Assembly (NCBI GenBank): GCA_041483895.1
Contig: JBGPGO010000003.1
Location: 202,792-266,791 of the forward strand
DNA from: Fimbriimonadia bacterium
GTDB lineage: Bacteria; Armatimonadota; Fimbriimonadia; Fimbriimonadales; JABRVX01
Direction of reading: 5' to 3'
Length of the DNA: 64,000 nucleotides
The notes beneath the pieces were generated by a model. It had not been told where the DNA came from and ran no database searches. It was given only the letters and a program-made list of their open reading frames with translations. This document shows positions 53,753 to 62,979 of this stretch, piece after piece; positions within the stretch are counted from its first letter, which is position 1; every line of letters begins with the position of its first letter. The translations under genes and the position numbers were made by a program.

Positions 53753-54864
53753 TTGAGGCGGTCCGCGTTCAACCCGCCTAATTCCGGCAAGACGAACTCC
53801 CCGTCCTTGCGGATCAGGGTGTCGTCGAACCATATCTCCCCGCCGCCGTACTCCGGCCGCTGGATCATCACCAGGTCCCAATGCACGATGGACTTGTTCC
53901 CATTGAACGCCTCATCGTAGGACGCCCCCGGCGTCAGATGGAACGACCCGGCGATCTTCTCATCGAACAGCGTGTCCTTCATCGGATGCAGCACATGCGG
54001 GTTGAACCCAATGGCAAACTCGCCAAAATACCGGGCACCTTCGTCGCTGTCCAAGATGCTGTTGATCTTCTCCGTATTATTTGCAGTGGCCTCAACAATC
54101 TTCCCATCCCGCACCTCGAAGCGCACCGAAGAAAACACGGTGCCCTGGTTCAGGTTCTCCGTGTTGTAGGAGATCACCCCGTTCATCGATTCCCGGACCG
54201 GAGCGGTGAAGATCTCCCCATCCGGAATGTTGTACTCGCCCGTGCAGGGGATGACCGGAATGTCCTTGATGCTGAACGCCAGGTCCGTCCCCGGTCCCAC
54301 GAGCCGCACCCGATCCGTTCGAGCCATCCGTTCCCGCAGCGGCTCCACGGCCTCCTCCATCTTTGCGTAATCCGCCGTGCAGACCCGGAAGTAGAAGTCC
54401 TCGAACGCCTCCGTGCTCATCCCGGCCTGCTGCGCCATGCTGGACGACGGCCAGCGCAGCACGCACCACTTGGTCTTCGGCACGCGGGTCTTGAAATGCA
54501 CCGGATCGGCATAGTTTCGGCCCCACATTTTTACCTGCTCGTCCGGCACATCCGAGTTTTCCGCGTAGTTGAAGCCACCCCGAACTCCGATATAGGCCTG
54601 CATCTGCTCCATCCGGGCCTTATCCAGCAACCCCATCGCCGCCGAGCTTTCCTCCGTGATGGACCGCAGGACCTCGCGCTGAACCAGATTGTGGTAGGTG
54701 GCGACAAAAGGGTTGGCCCCGACCTTTTTGGCCGCCCGCATCAACTCGGCCGTGCATTCCGCCGGAATATCAAAGGCTTCTATCAGTATGTTATCCCCTG
54801 GCTTCAGTTTTGTGCTGTGAGTTACAAGCAGTTCGGCCAGCCTGGCCATTCTAGGGTCTTTCAA
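53749..54864 (-). CDS. M29 aminopeptidase (AmpS/AmpT family)
   Basis: NIPDGEIFTAP, GEFAIG, LFDEKIAGSFHLTPG, SIVHWD; TTG start with AAGGAG SD. Confidence 0.92.
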   Translation of the reverse strand: MKDPRMARLAELLVTHSTKLKPGDNILIEAFDIPAECTAELMRAAKKVGANPFVATYHNLVQREVLRSITEESSAAMGLLDKARMEQMQAYIGVRGGFNYAENSDVPDEQVKMWGRNYADPVHFKTRVPKTKWCVLRWPSSSMAQQAGMSTEAFEDFYFRVCTADYAKMEEAVEPLRERMARTDRVRLVGPGTDLAFSIKDIPVIPCTGEYNIPDGEIFTAPVRESMNGVISYNTENLNQGTVFSSVRFEVRDGKIVEATANNTEKINSILDSDEGARYFGEFAIGFNPHVLHPMKDTLFDEKIAGSFHLTPGASYDEAFNGNKSIVHWDLVMIQRPEYGGGEIWFDDTLIRKDGEFVLPELGGLNADRLK

Positions 54865-55049
54865 GTTCCACTCTCCTTTGCTCCCAATTGTACCGGTGGC
54901 GGTTGAGTCCCCTTGCGGCAGAACTACGGTGATGGGTTTGATCCTGATGTCATTGATGTCTCCCACGCACCAGTGCCAGTTTGTGGATCGAGCCTGATCA
55001 AACAGTCTAGCTTTTCGGCGTCCTGGGTCGACAGGTGGCCGATGATCAC

Positions 55050-55095
55050 TGTCGGCAGGCGGACAGGATCGTCCGCCGGGATGCCGACATGGAGG
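55050..55095 (+). promoter_or_regulatory. Structured GGA-rich leader upstream of pilC
   Basis: TGTCGGCA-GGCGGAC-AGGATC-GTCCGCC-GGGA-TGCCGACA hairpin followed by the GGAGG SD. Confidence 0.55.
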
Positions 55096-55104
55096 TTGCG
55101 GTAG

Positions 55105-56316
55105 ATGGCACGGTTCGTTTACAACGCCGTGGATCCGCAGGGTCGTACTGTCCGCGGAACCATGGATGCAGACAACGAGGAGTTCGTCCTAGCAAAACTG
55201 CATGAGCAGCAGATGCACGTGACGAACGTAAAGCAGGCACGTGCCGCCTCGGAAGGCAAACGTGGTTTTGGCCCGGCCAAGAAGATAAAGCTCCAGTCGC
55301 TTGTCGTCTTTTCTCGCCAGTTCGCCACGATGATCGACGCGGGTATCCCAATTCTCCGCTGCCTCGACATTCTCCATGGCCAGACAAAGGACCAGATCCT
55401 AAAAGAGACGCTGAACCTGGTTCGCGGAGATGTCAAGGGCGGTATGTCGCTCAACGAAGCGATGGCGAAGCATCCCAGAGTTTTCAGCAAGCTGTACGTC
55501 AACATGATCCGCGCGGCCGAAATCGGCGGTATCTTGGACCTCATCCTGGACCGGCTCTCCCACTTTCTCGAATCGGAAATGGAGATCCGCGGCAAGATCA
55601 AGTCCGCCATGATGTACCCGACGATGGTGTTGTGCGCTTCGTTCTGCATGCTGTTCGCCCTCTTCACGTTCGTCCTCCCGAAATTCAAGGACATCTTCCT
55701 TGGGATGGATGTGGAGCTGCCTGCGATCACGGCGGCCCTGTTCACTATCGGCGACATCTTCCAGGCCTATTGGTGGGCGATTCTGGGAACGATAGCCGGC
55801 GCCTTTTTCGGAATCAAGAGCTACGGGAAGACGAAGAAGGGCCGCTATCACATGGACTACCTGAAACTCCGTGCGCCGATCATTGGCGATCTGAGTCTCA
55901 AGCTCTCGGTGGCACGGTTCTCCCGGACGTTTGGAACGCTCATCGGCAGCGGCGTCCCCATGATGCGGTGCCTGGAAATCACATCGGAAACGAGCGGCAA
56001 CACGGTGTTGGCCGGGGCAATCGATGCGGCAAGAGCGGCGATCCGAGAAGGAAAGCAGCTCAGTCATCCGTTGGCGGCAAGCGGTCTGTTCCCCACGATG
56101 GTAACGCAGATGATCGACATCGGGGAAGAGACCGGTCGGCTCAACGAAATGCTTGTAAAAGTGTCCGACTTCTATGACGCTGAGGTTTCCCAGACGGTCA
56201 AAGGATTGACCTCGATGATAGAACCTCTCCTCATAGTTTTCATGGGCCTGATCGTCGGCTTCATCGCGATCTCGGTCATGACTCCCATCTTCAAGCTGGT
56301 CAACTCAGTCAAGTAA
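55105..56316 (+). CDS. pilC: Type IV pilus / T2SS platform protein (PilC/GspF)
   Basis: FSRQFATMIDAGIP, KIKSAMMYP, RFSRTFGTLIGSGVP, IGEETGRL, SMIEP. Confidence 0.95.
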   Translation: MARFVYNAVDPQGRTVRGTMDADNEEFVLAKLHEQQMHVTNVKQARAASEGKRGFGPAKKIKLQSLVVFSRQFATMIDAGIPILRCLDILHGQTKDQILKETLNLVRGDVKGGMSLNEAMAKHPRVFSKLYVNMIRAAEIGGILDLILDRLSHFLESEMEIRGKIKSAMMYPTMVLCASFCMLFALFTFVLPKFKDIFLGMDVELPAITAALFTIGDIFQAYWWAILGTIAGAFFGIKSYGKTKKGRYHMDYLKLRAPIIGDLSLKLSVARFSRTFGTLIGSGVPMMRCLEITSETSGNTVLAGAIDAARAAIREGKQLSHPLAASGLFPTMVTQMIDIGEETGRLNEMLVKVSDFYDAEVSQTVKGLTSMIEPLLIVFMGLIVGFIAISVMTPIFKLVNSVK

Positions 56317-56339
56317 GACGCAAGGGAAAGGACTGAATT

Positions 56340-57614
56340 GTGTCTGAATATGTAAGTAAGAGGCATTCACCAGAAGAGCTGGTGGCGGAATACTCGGCAA
56401 ACAAGCGCGCTGATCTGCGGGATGTAATCGTTGCGCACTATGCATCCATGGTGGAGCGGATCGCCCGCAGATTCTCGGGCTCATCGGAGCAGCAAGACGA
56501 TTTGGCACAGGTCGGTTTCATAGGGCTGCTCAATGCGCTGGAGCTCTATGATCCGATGAAGGGTGTCAAGTTCTCGACCTACGCCACGCACCTGGTGGCC
56601 GGGGAGATCAAGCACCACCTCCGCGACAAGAGCAAGATCATCAAAGAGCCCGCGTGGCTCCAAGAGTTGAATCAGCGCATCGATCGTGTCATCCAGGCTT
56701 TATCACAAGAGCTCGGCCGGCAGCCCACGCCGGCCGAGATCGGCGCCAACATGCACATGACCGAGGAGTCGGTGACGGAAGTGCTGATGACGCGCGATAT
56801 CTTCCGGGTGATCTCGCTCGATGGCGTGACGGAAGATGAGGATTCGGACAATCCGTACGATCTGGACAAACTGGAGGCGAAAGAGGAAGCGACCTTCCAC
56901 CTGCCGATTGAAGACAAGATGATGCTGGAAACCGCTGTGATCCAACTCAAGGAGATCGAGCGCAAAGTCATCAATCTGTTCTTCTATGAGAGCCTCAATC
57001 AGACCGAGATCGCCCACGAGCTGCAGATTTCCTGCAACTACGTGTCGCATATTCTGCGGCACTCCATGCAGAAGCTGCGCAAGATTCTAGTGACGGAAGA
57101 CCTGAAAGAGCGGCAGTTGAGAACCCGTCAGCACGTCGCGGAGAAGTCGGATGTGATCGACGAGCAGACGGGCCTGTTTGGGCCGGACTATTTCCAATCG
57201 CGTGTATCCGAAGAGCTACAGCGGGCCTCGCTCAACGATAACCAGGTGGCTGTTGTGGTGGTCCAGTTCGCCGGGCTGGAGCGTCTGCGGAGCTTCTATG
57301 GGGACATGACTGTTGGCGAGTTTATGTCGCAGGCCGCCGCCGCCATCCGGGGCGCGGTGCGGAAGATGGACATTCTTTGCCGCGCTGGGGAGTACGCGTT
57401 CGGGCTTATCTTCCCCTATGTGGAGACGCTGCGCGGGGAGATCGATACGGAGATTTCCGGGATGCTCCACGAATGGATCGGAAGGCTTTTCTCCGCCCAC
57501 AACGAGGTGTCTATCACAGTGGGCCGGGCCGACTCCCCGGACGATGGCCACGCGGCGCGCGAGCTGCTGCACAAGGCATGGAATCCAGCCCCAGCCCTCC
57601 GCCAAGCGGCCTAA
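56340..57614 (+). CDS. SigB/SigF-type sigma factor fused to a degenerate GGDEF domain
   Basis: DDLAQVGFIGLL...KFSTYA...GEIKHHLRD; region 4 HTH QTEIAHELQISCNYVS; DEQTGL...RKMDILCRAGEYAF. Confidence 0.88.
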   Translation: MSEYVSKRHSPEELVAEYSANKRADLRDVIVAHYASMVERIARRFSGSSEQQDDLAQVGFIGLLNALELYDPMKGVKFSTYATHLVAGEIKHHLRDKSKIIKEPAWLQELNQRIDRVIQALSQELGRQPTPAEIGANMHMTEESVTEVLMTRDIFRVISLDGVTEDEDSDNPYDLDKLEAKEEATFHLPIEDKMMLETAVIQLKEIERKVINLFFYESLNQTEIAHELQISCNYVSHILRHSMQKLRKILVTEDLKERQLRTRQHVAEKSDVIDEQTGLFGPDYFQSRVSEELQRASLNDNQVAVVVVQFAGLERLRSFYGDMTVGEFMSQAAAAIRGAVRKMDILCRAGEYAFGLIFPYVETLRGEIDTEISGMLHEWIGRLFSAHNEVSITVGRADSPDDGHAARELLHKAWNPAPALRQAA

Positions 57615-57623
57615 GACTCATGA

Positions 57624-57868
57624 TCCCCTCCTCCGCTTGCGGGGGAGGGTTAGGGTGGGGGTTGCTTCGGTTTCCGTGTTGCGGTCTTTGGAGTCAATGT
57701 GAGATCTGGTATTGGCGGACGAGGACCCCAACACATCGAGGCGTCGCCGCAGTGTCCTCAAATCCCCTCCTCCGCTTGCGGGGGAGGGTGAGGGTGGGGG
57801 CTGATGTGCCGGGGTCCTCGCATTGCATCAACCTTTCTCCCACGAATCCCTACGACCCCGGCACTTCG
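57624..57868. repeat. Mosaic of two palindromic repeat families
   Basis: CCCCTCCTCCGCTTGCGGGGGAGGGT.AGGGTGGGGG twice (57624, 57763), alternating with GGGGTC...GACCCC hairpins (57674-57738, 57803-57868). Confidence 0.88.
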
Positions 57869-57934
57869 GGAGTTAGATGTAACCAATGCCGGCTGGAAGC
57901 CAGCGTTACGGGTATATCCGGTATCCTGTGAATA

Positions 57935-58861
57935 ATGATCAGCCTCGTCACAATCCTACTCCTTGCCCAAACACAATCGCCTGACCCTATGCGCATGCAG
58001 ATCGGCGATCCGTCCCGGAAATCGCTACAGCTCAAAGTCGAGCCAGGCGGCATCTATTCCGACCACACCGGCGGGAAGACCACCATCGCCGACATCGTCT
58101 CGGCGGCAAATGGCGTGCAGTTTCTTTTTATCGGCGAGAACCACGACAACCCGGAACACCATCAGTTCCAGGCGGACGTGATTGATGCATTAGTGAAATC
58201 AGGCCGCAACGTGATCGTCGGAATGGAGATGTTCCAGCGACGGAATCAGACCGCCCTCTTCCGTTGGACGCTCAACAAAACGTCCCAGGACGAGTTCATC
58301 ACTGAATCGGATTGGAAGAACGTGTGGGGCTTCGACTACGGCCTGTACAAGCCGATCTTTGACGTGGTGCGCGCAAACCGCCTGCCGCTCGTTGGCCTCA
58401 ACATCCCGCGCGACTGGGTCCGCAAAGTCAGCAAGGACGGCGCGAAGGCCCTGACCGCCGAGGACCGAGGCTCGATGCCGGAGCTGGACCTGACCAACTT
58501 GGAGCACCGCGCCCTGATCAAGGCGATGATTGGCGACATGCCCGGCCACGCGGTCGGCGATGGCACCTTCGCGGGGCAAATCCTGTGGGACACCGCGATG
58601 GCCGACACGGCGCTGACCTATTGGGAGCGGATGCCGCGCTCGCCGCAGTGGATCTTCGTCGTCCTGGCCGGCAGCGGGCACATTATGTACGACCTGGGAA
58701 TCCCCTACCGCCTGGGGCAGCGCGCGTCCTATAAAAGGGAGAGCATCGTTTGCCTGGAAGGTCCGGAAACCGTGTCTCGCTCCATCGGCGATTTTGTCTA
58801 CTGCACTAAGACGTATACCCGTCCGGATGAGCCTCAAACCACGCCCAAGCGTGGGAAATGA
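57935..58861 (+). CDS. ChaN-family (haem-uptake/Tiki-like) secreted protein
   Basis: IGENHDNPEHH, GMEMF, YKPIF, GLNIPR, QILWDTAMA, LAGSGH. Confidence 0.82.
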   Translation: MISLVTILLLAQTQSPDPMRMQIGDPSRKSLQLKVEPGGIYSDHTGGKTTIADIVSAANGVQFLFIGENHDNPEHHQFQADVIDALVKSGRNVIVGMEMFQRRNQTALFRWTLNKTSQDEFITESDWKNVWGFDYGLYKPIFDVVRANRLPLVGLNIPRDWVRKVSKDGAKALTAEDRGSMPELDLTNLEHRALIKAMIGDMPGHAVGDGTFAGQILWDTAMADTALTYWERMPRSPQWIFVVLAGSGHIMYDLGIPYRLGQRASYKRESIVCLEGPETVSRSIGDFVYCTKTYTRPDEPQTTPKRGK

Positions 58862-59789
58862 TGGTCTCCAGGTCCGGGTAGCGGGGTGACCAGCCTAGCT
58901 CCTTGCGAATCTTGTCCGAGCTGGCAACGAGCCGTGCGGGATCGCCAGCGCGGCGCGGCGCGGCAACCGACGGAATCGGCCGTCCAACCACCTTCTCGCA
59001 CGTCTCGATCACCTGCTTCACGCTGAACCCTTCGCCGTTGCCCAAATTGTACGCAGAGGTCGTCGGCCCCGATCGCAGGGCGTTGAGGGCCCGCAGGTGG
59101 GCGTCCGCCAAGTCCACCACATGGATGTAGTCACGGATGCAAGTGCCGTCCGGCGTGTCCCAATCGGTGCCAAAAACCTTCGTCGTCTCCCGCTTGCCCA
59201 GCGCGGTCTGCAAAATGACTGGGATGATGTGCTGCTCCGGCTCGTGGTCCTCTCCCAACTCGCCGTCCGGGTCCGCGCCCGCCGCGTTGAAATATCGCAG
59301 CGAAATCGATCGGATGCCGTACGCCCCGTAATACCATTTGAGCATCCGCTCCATCACGAGCTTGGTCTCACCGTACGGATTTGTCGGGAACTGGATGTGG
59401 TCTTCCGGGATCGGGATCTGGGTCGGCTCGCCGTAGGTGGCTGCGGACGAGGAGAAAATCATCTGTTTCACGCCCGCCGCCCGCATTGCCTCCAGCAGGT
59501 TGAAACAGCCATTCACATTGTTGTCGTAGTACTTGGCGGGGTTTTCGACCGAATCGCCGACGGAGGCATAGGCGGCAAAGTGCATGACGCATTCGATTTC
59601 CGTCTCTTTGAAAAGCCGGTCCAGCATCCCCCGGTCGCGCAGGTCGCCCTGGACCAAATCAGCGCCCTTGACCGCCTGCCGATGGCCCAGCTCCAGGTTG
59701 TCCAGCACCAACGGCTTTTCGCCGTTCTGGAGCAAATACTTGACCATGTGCGAGCCGATATATCCCGCCCCACCGATTACCAAGATCAT
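58806..59789 (-). CDS. galE: UDP-glucose 4-epimerase
   Basis: GGAGYIGSH, HFAA, FSSSAATYG, YGETK, LRYFNAAGA, DGTCIRDYIHV. Confidence 0.96.
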   Translation of the reverse strand: MILVIGGAGYIGSHMVKYLLQNGEKPLVLDNLELGHRQAVKGADLVQGDLRDRGMLDRLFKETEIECVMHFAAYASVGDSVENPAKYYDNNVNGCFNLLEAMRAAGVKQMIFSSSAATYGEPTQIPIPEDHIQFPTNPYGETKLVMERMLKWYYGAYGIRSISLRYFNAAGADPDGELGEDHEPEQHIIPVILQTALGKRETTKVFGTDWDTPDGTCIRDYIHVVDLADAHLRALNALRSGPTTSAYNLGNGEGFSVKQVIETCEKVVGRPIPSVAAPRRAGDPARLVASSDKIRKELGWSPRYPDLETIISHAWAWFEAHPDGYTS

Positions 59790-59925
59790 CTGTGCGACCC
59801 CCTCTTCATCGATCTTACCTACCCAGCTATTATCGGCAGGGACCGGGAACGGAACGGCGAACAAAGACACGGCGTAACCGGCGGGCGTGTGTGCCGTCGA
59901 ACGATATGCAGCTACGGAGGGATGG

Positions 59926-62900
59926 ATGACTCGAATTGCCCGGATTGGGCTCCTGGTGGCGTTTGCTTGCTCGGCCTGCCACGCACAGACCTACCAAAAC
60001 GTAAGAAATCAACCGTTCGCGACCGTCTCAAGCGGTCCGCAAGAGGCTATCGTTGTGGATATCGACGGCCTCTCGCCGGAAGCGATCAAGGCAACGGTGA
60101 TCGGTCGCGTTCGCGAAGTCCAAAAGGTTATGAGCGACGCCGCCCGGCCCATTATCCGCGAAATGAAGACCCACGGAAAGCTCCCTCCGGACAGTCAGCT
60201 CCCCATCACCCAAATCGTCATCCTGCGCAAGAACGGCAAACTGCTCACCGGCGATCTGCACCACGACGGAATCTCCGCGCAGGCATGCCTCAGCCTAGCT
60301 TTCTCCAGTGTCCCTGCTGAAAAGTTTGACGATCCCTACCGCCTTGCCATCCAGCAGGCATTCGACGATTCCACGCCGGTGATCGACGGGCTGTACGGCG
60401 CTCCGTTCGCATGCGGACCCATCAACGTCATCAATTACGACGCGCAGATCGGCGATAGAGACGCCGTGATTGGCGGCATCTTCCTTCCCAGCGACCCCAA
60501 TCACGGCAACCAGCCCACAATCCTGTTCCCGGTCTACAACAGCCTCTCAACCGCCGCGGTCAACCTTATCAATCTGCTCGTCCATGCCTACCACGGATCG
60601 GCGGTGATGGACTACGACGCCTGGGAGCATGGCTTCAGCCGCGCCGTCACGATGGCCGTCGTGCGCCAGCTTTACCCGACTGGCAACCTGACCTTCCCGC
60701 AGGCCGATCTGGTGCTCGAAGCGACCTACGAGTTTCGGCAGATGTACGATTGGCACAATCAGCCCTCGCTCGGCAACAACGTTTTCATCGCCCCGTCGCT
60801 AAAAGATAAGCCGATCGGCAACGGCACATTGGGCGGCGTCTTTCAGTTTCGATACATGATGAGCGCGTCGGCATGGGCGAAAGTCATGGCTGAATACCCC
60901 AGCTTCTTCAAGAATTTCAATGCCTCCTACTACGCCGACGTCGCCAACCTGAAGGGCAACGTGCCCGGCCTCCGCTCGGTTGCGCTGGCGAACGCGCCGA
61001 TGGTGGAGGGGCTCGCGTTCGACGACTGGTTCGTCCGGCAGTACGTTCTGGATACGAGCGTCCTTGGGGGCCGGAAGCTGTTCTGCTGGGTCGTCCCGGT
61101 CTTGGACAATCTGTTCGCCGGCGAAACGGGGGCCTACCGGCTGTTTTACGAATACTTTCAGACGGACAAGACCGGCGACGAATTGGCCCTGATGGGAACC
61201 GGCTTTCCGATCTATTGGACCCGCGATTTTGCCCGCATGAACCTCGGGCCGCAGTATGAGCGCATCGACTTCACGTCCGGAACCGGCACCGTCGTTCCAT
61301 CGTTCACTGACAACACCCAGAACATCACGATCGACATGCCGGTCGCCGATGTTGTCAACCGCCTTGTCCTGCCGCTCGGCACCGTGGCGCAGCAGACGTT
61401 CGCGAACAATGTCTTCGGTACCGTGCTCGGCCTGACGCAGAGCGATGTGAATGGCAAGAACGGCACGGCGACGCTAAAGCTGGCGAGCGGCGATACGACG
61501 ATGGACATTACAAATGGAGCGTTTGGGGCGACCGTCGTCGCGTTGGTGAATGCCCAGCGCGCGACGATAGAAATCCGCGATCTGAGCGACACGCTCGTCC
61601 TGACACGCCAGTTGGATACAGGCCCGGAGCTGCTCGGAGTAAATATCAAACTCACCGAGCAGACTTCGCTGGCGCGCCAATTCCCCAAAGGCATTCAGAT
61701 GGTCAGCCTGCCGCTCTATCCGTTCGAAAAGGATTCGGCCAAGCTGTTCGGTCTGCCCGCGAATCAGTTCCTATTTGCACGATGGCGTCAGGACCTGTTC
61801 CGATATGCCCTGTATCCCAGCACGCCGCCGGTGCGACCCGGAACCGCCTTCTTCTTCAAACCCACCAATCCCGTGCAGCCGGTGACATTCAACGGCATCA
61901 TCCCCCCAAGCGATCAGGCATTTGCCGTCCCGCTGCAGGTCGGCTGGAACCAGGTCGGAAACCCGATCCTAGCGGCCGGCTCTACCGACATCGGAGACGT
62001 ATGGGTGCAGTCCGGTCCCGACGATCCCGCCATCGGTTGGAGCGAGGCGGTAACCAAAGGATACGTCTCTCCGGTCGTCTTTCGGTTCGACCAGGAGATC
62101 AGCAATCCCGACGCGGGAACCAGCGTGCCGACGACCACCTTCGACGCCTTCTCCGGCTATTGGGTTCGCGTGGAGGCTGCGGAAGGCGTCACGATACTGT
62201 TCCGGCCGACGTTCGGCCTGGGCCCGCACAAAGGCTACCAGCCTCCGCAGCCTGCATGGAGCGCCAAGTTCACGATGGTCAGCGAGATGGGGGACCGAAC
62301 GGGAGCGCTCATAGGGCTTGATCGCTCGGCCGGGAACGGGTTTGACGTTCGATTTGACGCGCCCCTGCCGCCGCCGTTCGGCGCCGCCTTCCAGCTACAA
62401 ATTCCGCATGACGATTGGGGCCCCAAGAAGGGGGATTACTACAGCGATGTGCGGCCGGACGGACAGAAACAGGAATGGACGCTTCGGGCGACGGGGTTGA
62501 CCGCTGGGAAAAAGTACACCCTCACATGGCCCTCGCTGTCCACCCTTCGCCGGGAGATGCGGGTGACGCTCGCCGACAAATCGACGGGAAGAAAGGTGAA
62601 CATGCGCTCCGCCACCACATTCGAATTCACGGCCGATTCGGCGAACAAGGACCTGACGGTCTCGGTCGATCCCAGGCCGCAAGGCGGATTGCAGGTGCTC
62701 GGCATGGCGATCACCCGAACGCGCGGCGGAGTAGGGGCCAGCTTCTCGCTCTCGCAAGACGCCGGGGTCAGCATCGAAGTGATCACCGCCACCGGCAAAC
62801 GGGTGAAGCAGTTGATGGCGACCGCGCCACTGACGGTCGGTCTTCACACAGTCAGTTGGGACGGTAGGGACGCGCAAGGAACCAGCCTTCCGCCCGGCCA

Positions 62901-62979
62901 ATACATTGTGTCCGTGAGCGCGGTCGCGGAAGACGGGACCGTGGCGCGTGCGGCCCTCCCGGTGGTGCTGACACGATGA
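59926..62979 (+). CDS. Large secreted protein with C-terminal FlgD-Ig-like domain
   Basis: Signal peptide; GWNQVGNP; C-terminal GKRVKQL...WDGRDAQG..LPPGQY; GGAGG SD. Confidence 0.8.
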   Translation: MTRIARIGLLVAFACSACHAQTYQNVRNQPFATVSSGPQEAIVVDIDGLSPEAIKATVIGRVREVQKVMSDAARPIIREMKTHGKLPPDSQLPITQIVILRKNGKLLTGDLHHDGISAQACLSLAFSSVPAEKFDDPYRLAIQQAFDDSTPVIDGLYGAPFACGPINVINYDAQIGDRDAVIGGIFLPSDPNHGNQPTILFPVYNSLSTAAVNLINLLVHAYHGSAVMDYDAWEHGFSRAVTMAVVRQLYPTGNLTFPQADLVLEATYEFRQMYDWHNQPSLGNNVFIAPSLKDKPIGNGTLGGVFQFRYMMSASAWAKVMAEYPSFFKNFNASYYADVANLKGNVPGLRSVALANAPMVEGLAFDDWFVRQYVLDTSVLGGRKLFCWVVPVLDNLFAGETGAYRLFYEYFQTDKTGDELALMGTGFPIYWTRDFARMNLGPQYERIDFTSGTGTVVPSFTDNTQNITIDMPVADVVNRLVLPLGTVAQQTFANNVFGTVLGLTQSDVNGKNGTATLKLASGDTTMDITNGAFGATVVALVNAQRATIEIRDLSDTLVLTRQLDTGPELLGVNIKLTEQTSLARQFPKGIQMVSLPLYPFEKDSAKLFGLPANQFLFARWRQDLFRYALYPSTPPVRPGTAFFFKPTNPVQPVTFNGIIPPSDQAFAVPLQVGWNQVGNPILAAGSTDIGDVWVQSGPDDPAIGWSEAVTKGYVSPVVFRFDQEISNPDAGTSVPTTTFDAFSGYWVRVEAAEGVTILFRPTFGLGPHKGYQPPQPAWSAKFTMVSEMGDRTGALIGLDRSAGNGFDVRFDAPLPPPFGAAFQLQIPHDDWGPKKGDYYSDVRPDGQKQEWTLRATGLTAGKKYTLTWPSLSTLRREMRVTLADKSTGRKVNMRSATTFEFTADSANKDLTVSVDPRPQGGLQVLGMAITRTRGGVGASFSLSQDAGVSIEVITATGKRVKQLMATAPLTVGLHTVSWDGRDAQGTSLPPGQYIVSVSAVAEDGTVARAALPVVLTR

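Noticed and set aside
58806..58861. Convergent 3' overlaps (ChaN/galE 56 bp; also PP2C/GT2 41 bp and tatD/DUF1028 20 bp) as antisense regulation
   Set aside because: Short tail-to-tail overlaps are common in compact GC-rich genomes, and nothing else supports a function.
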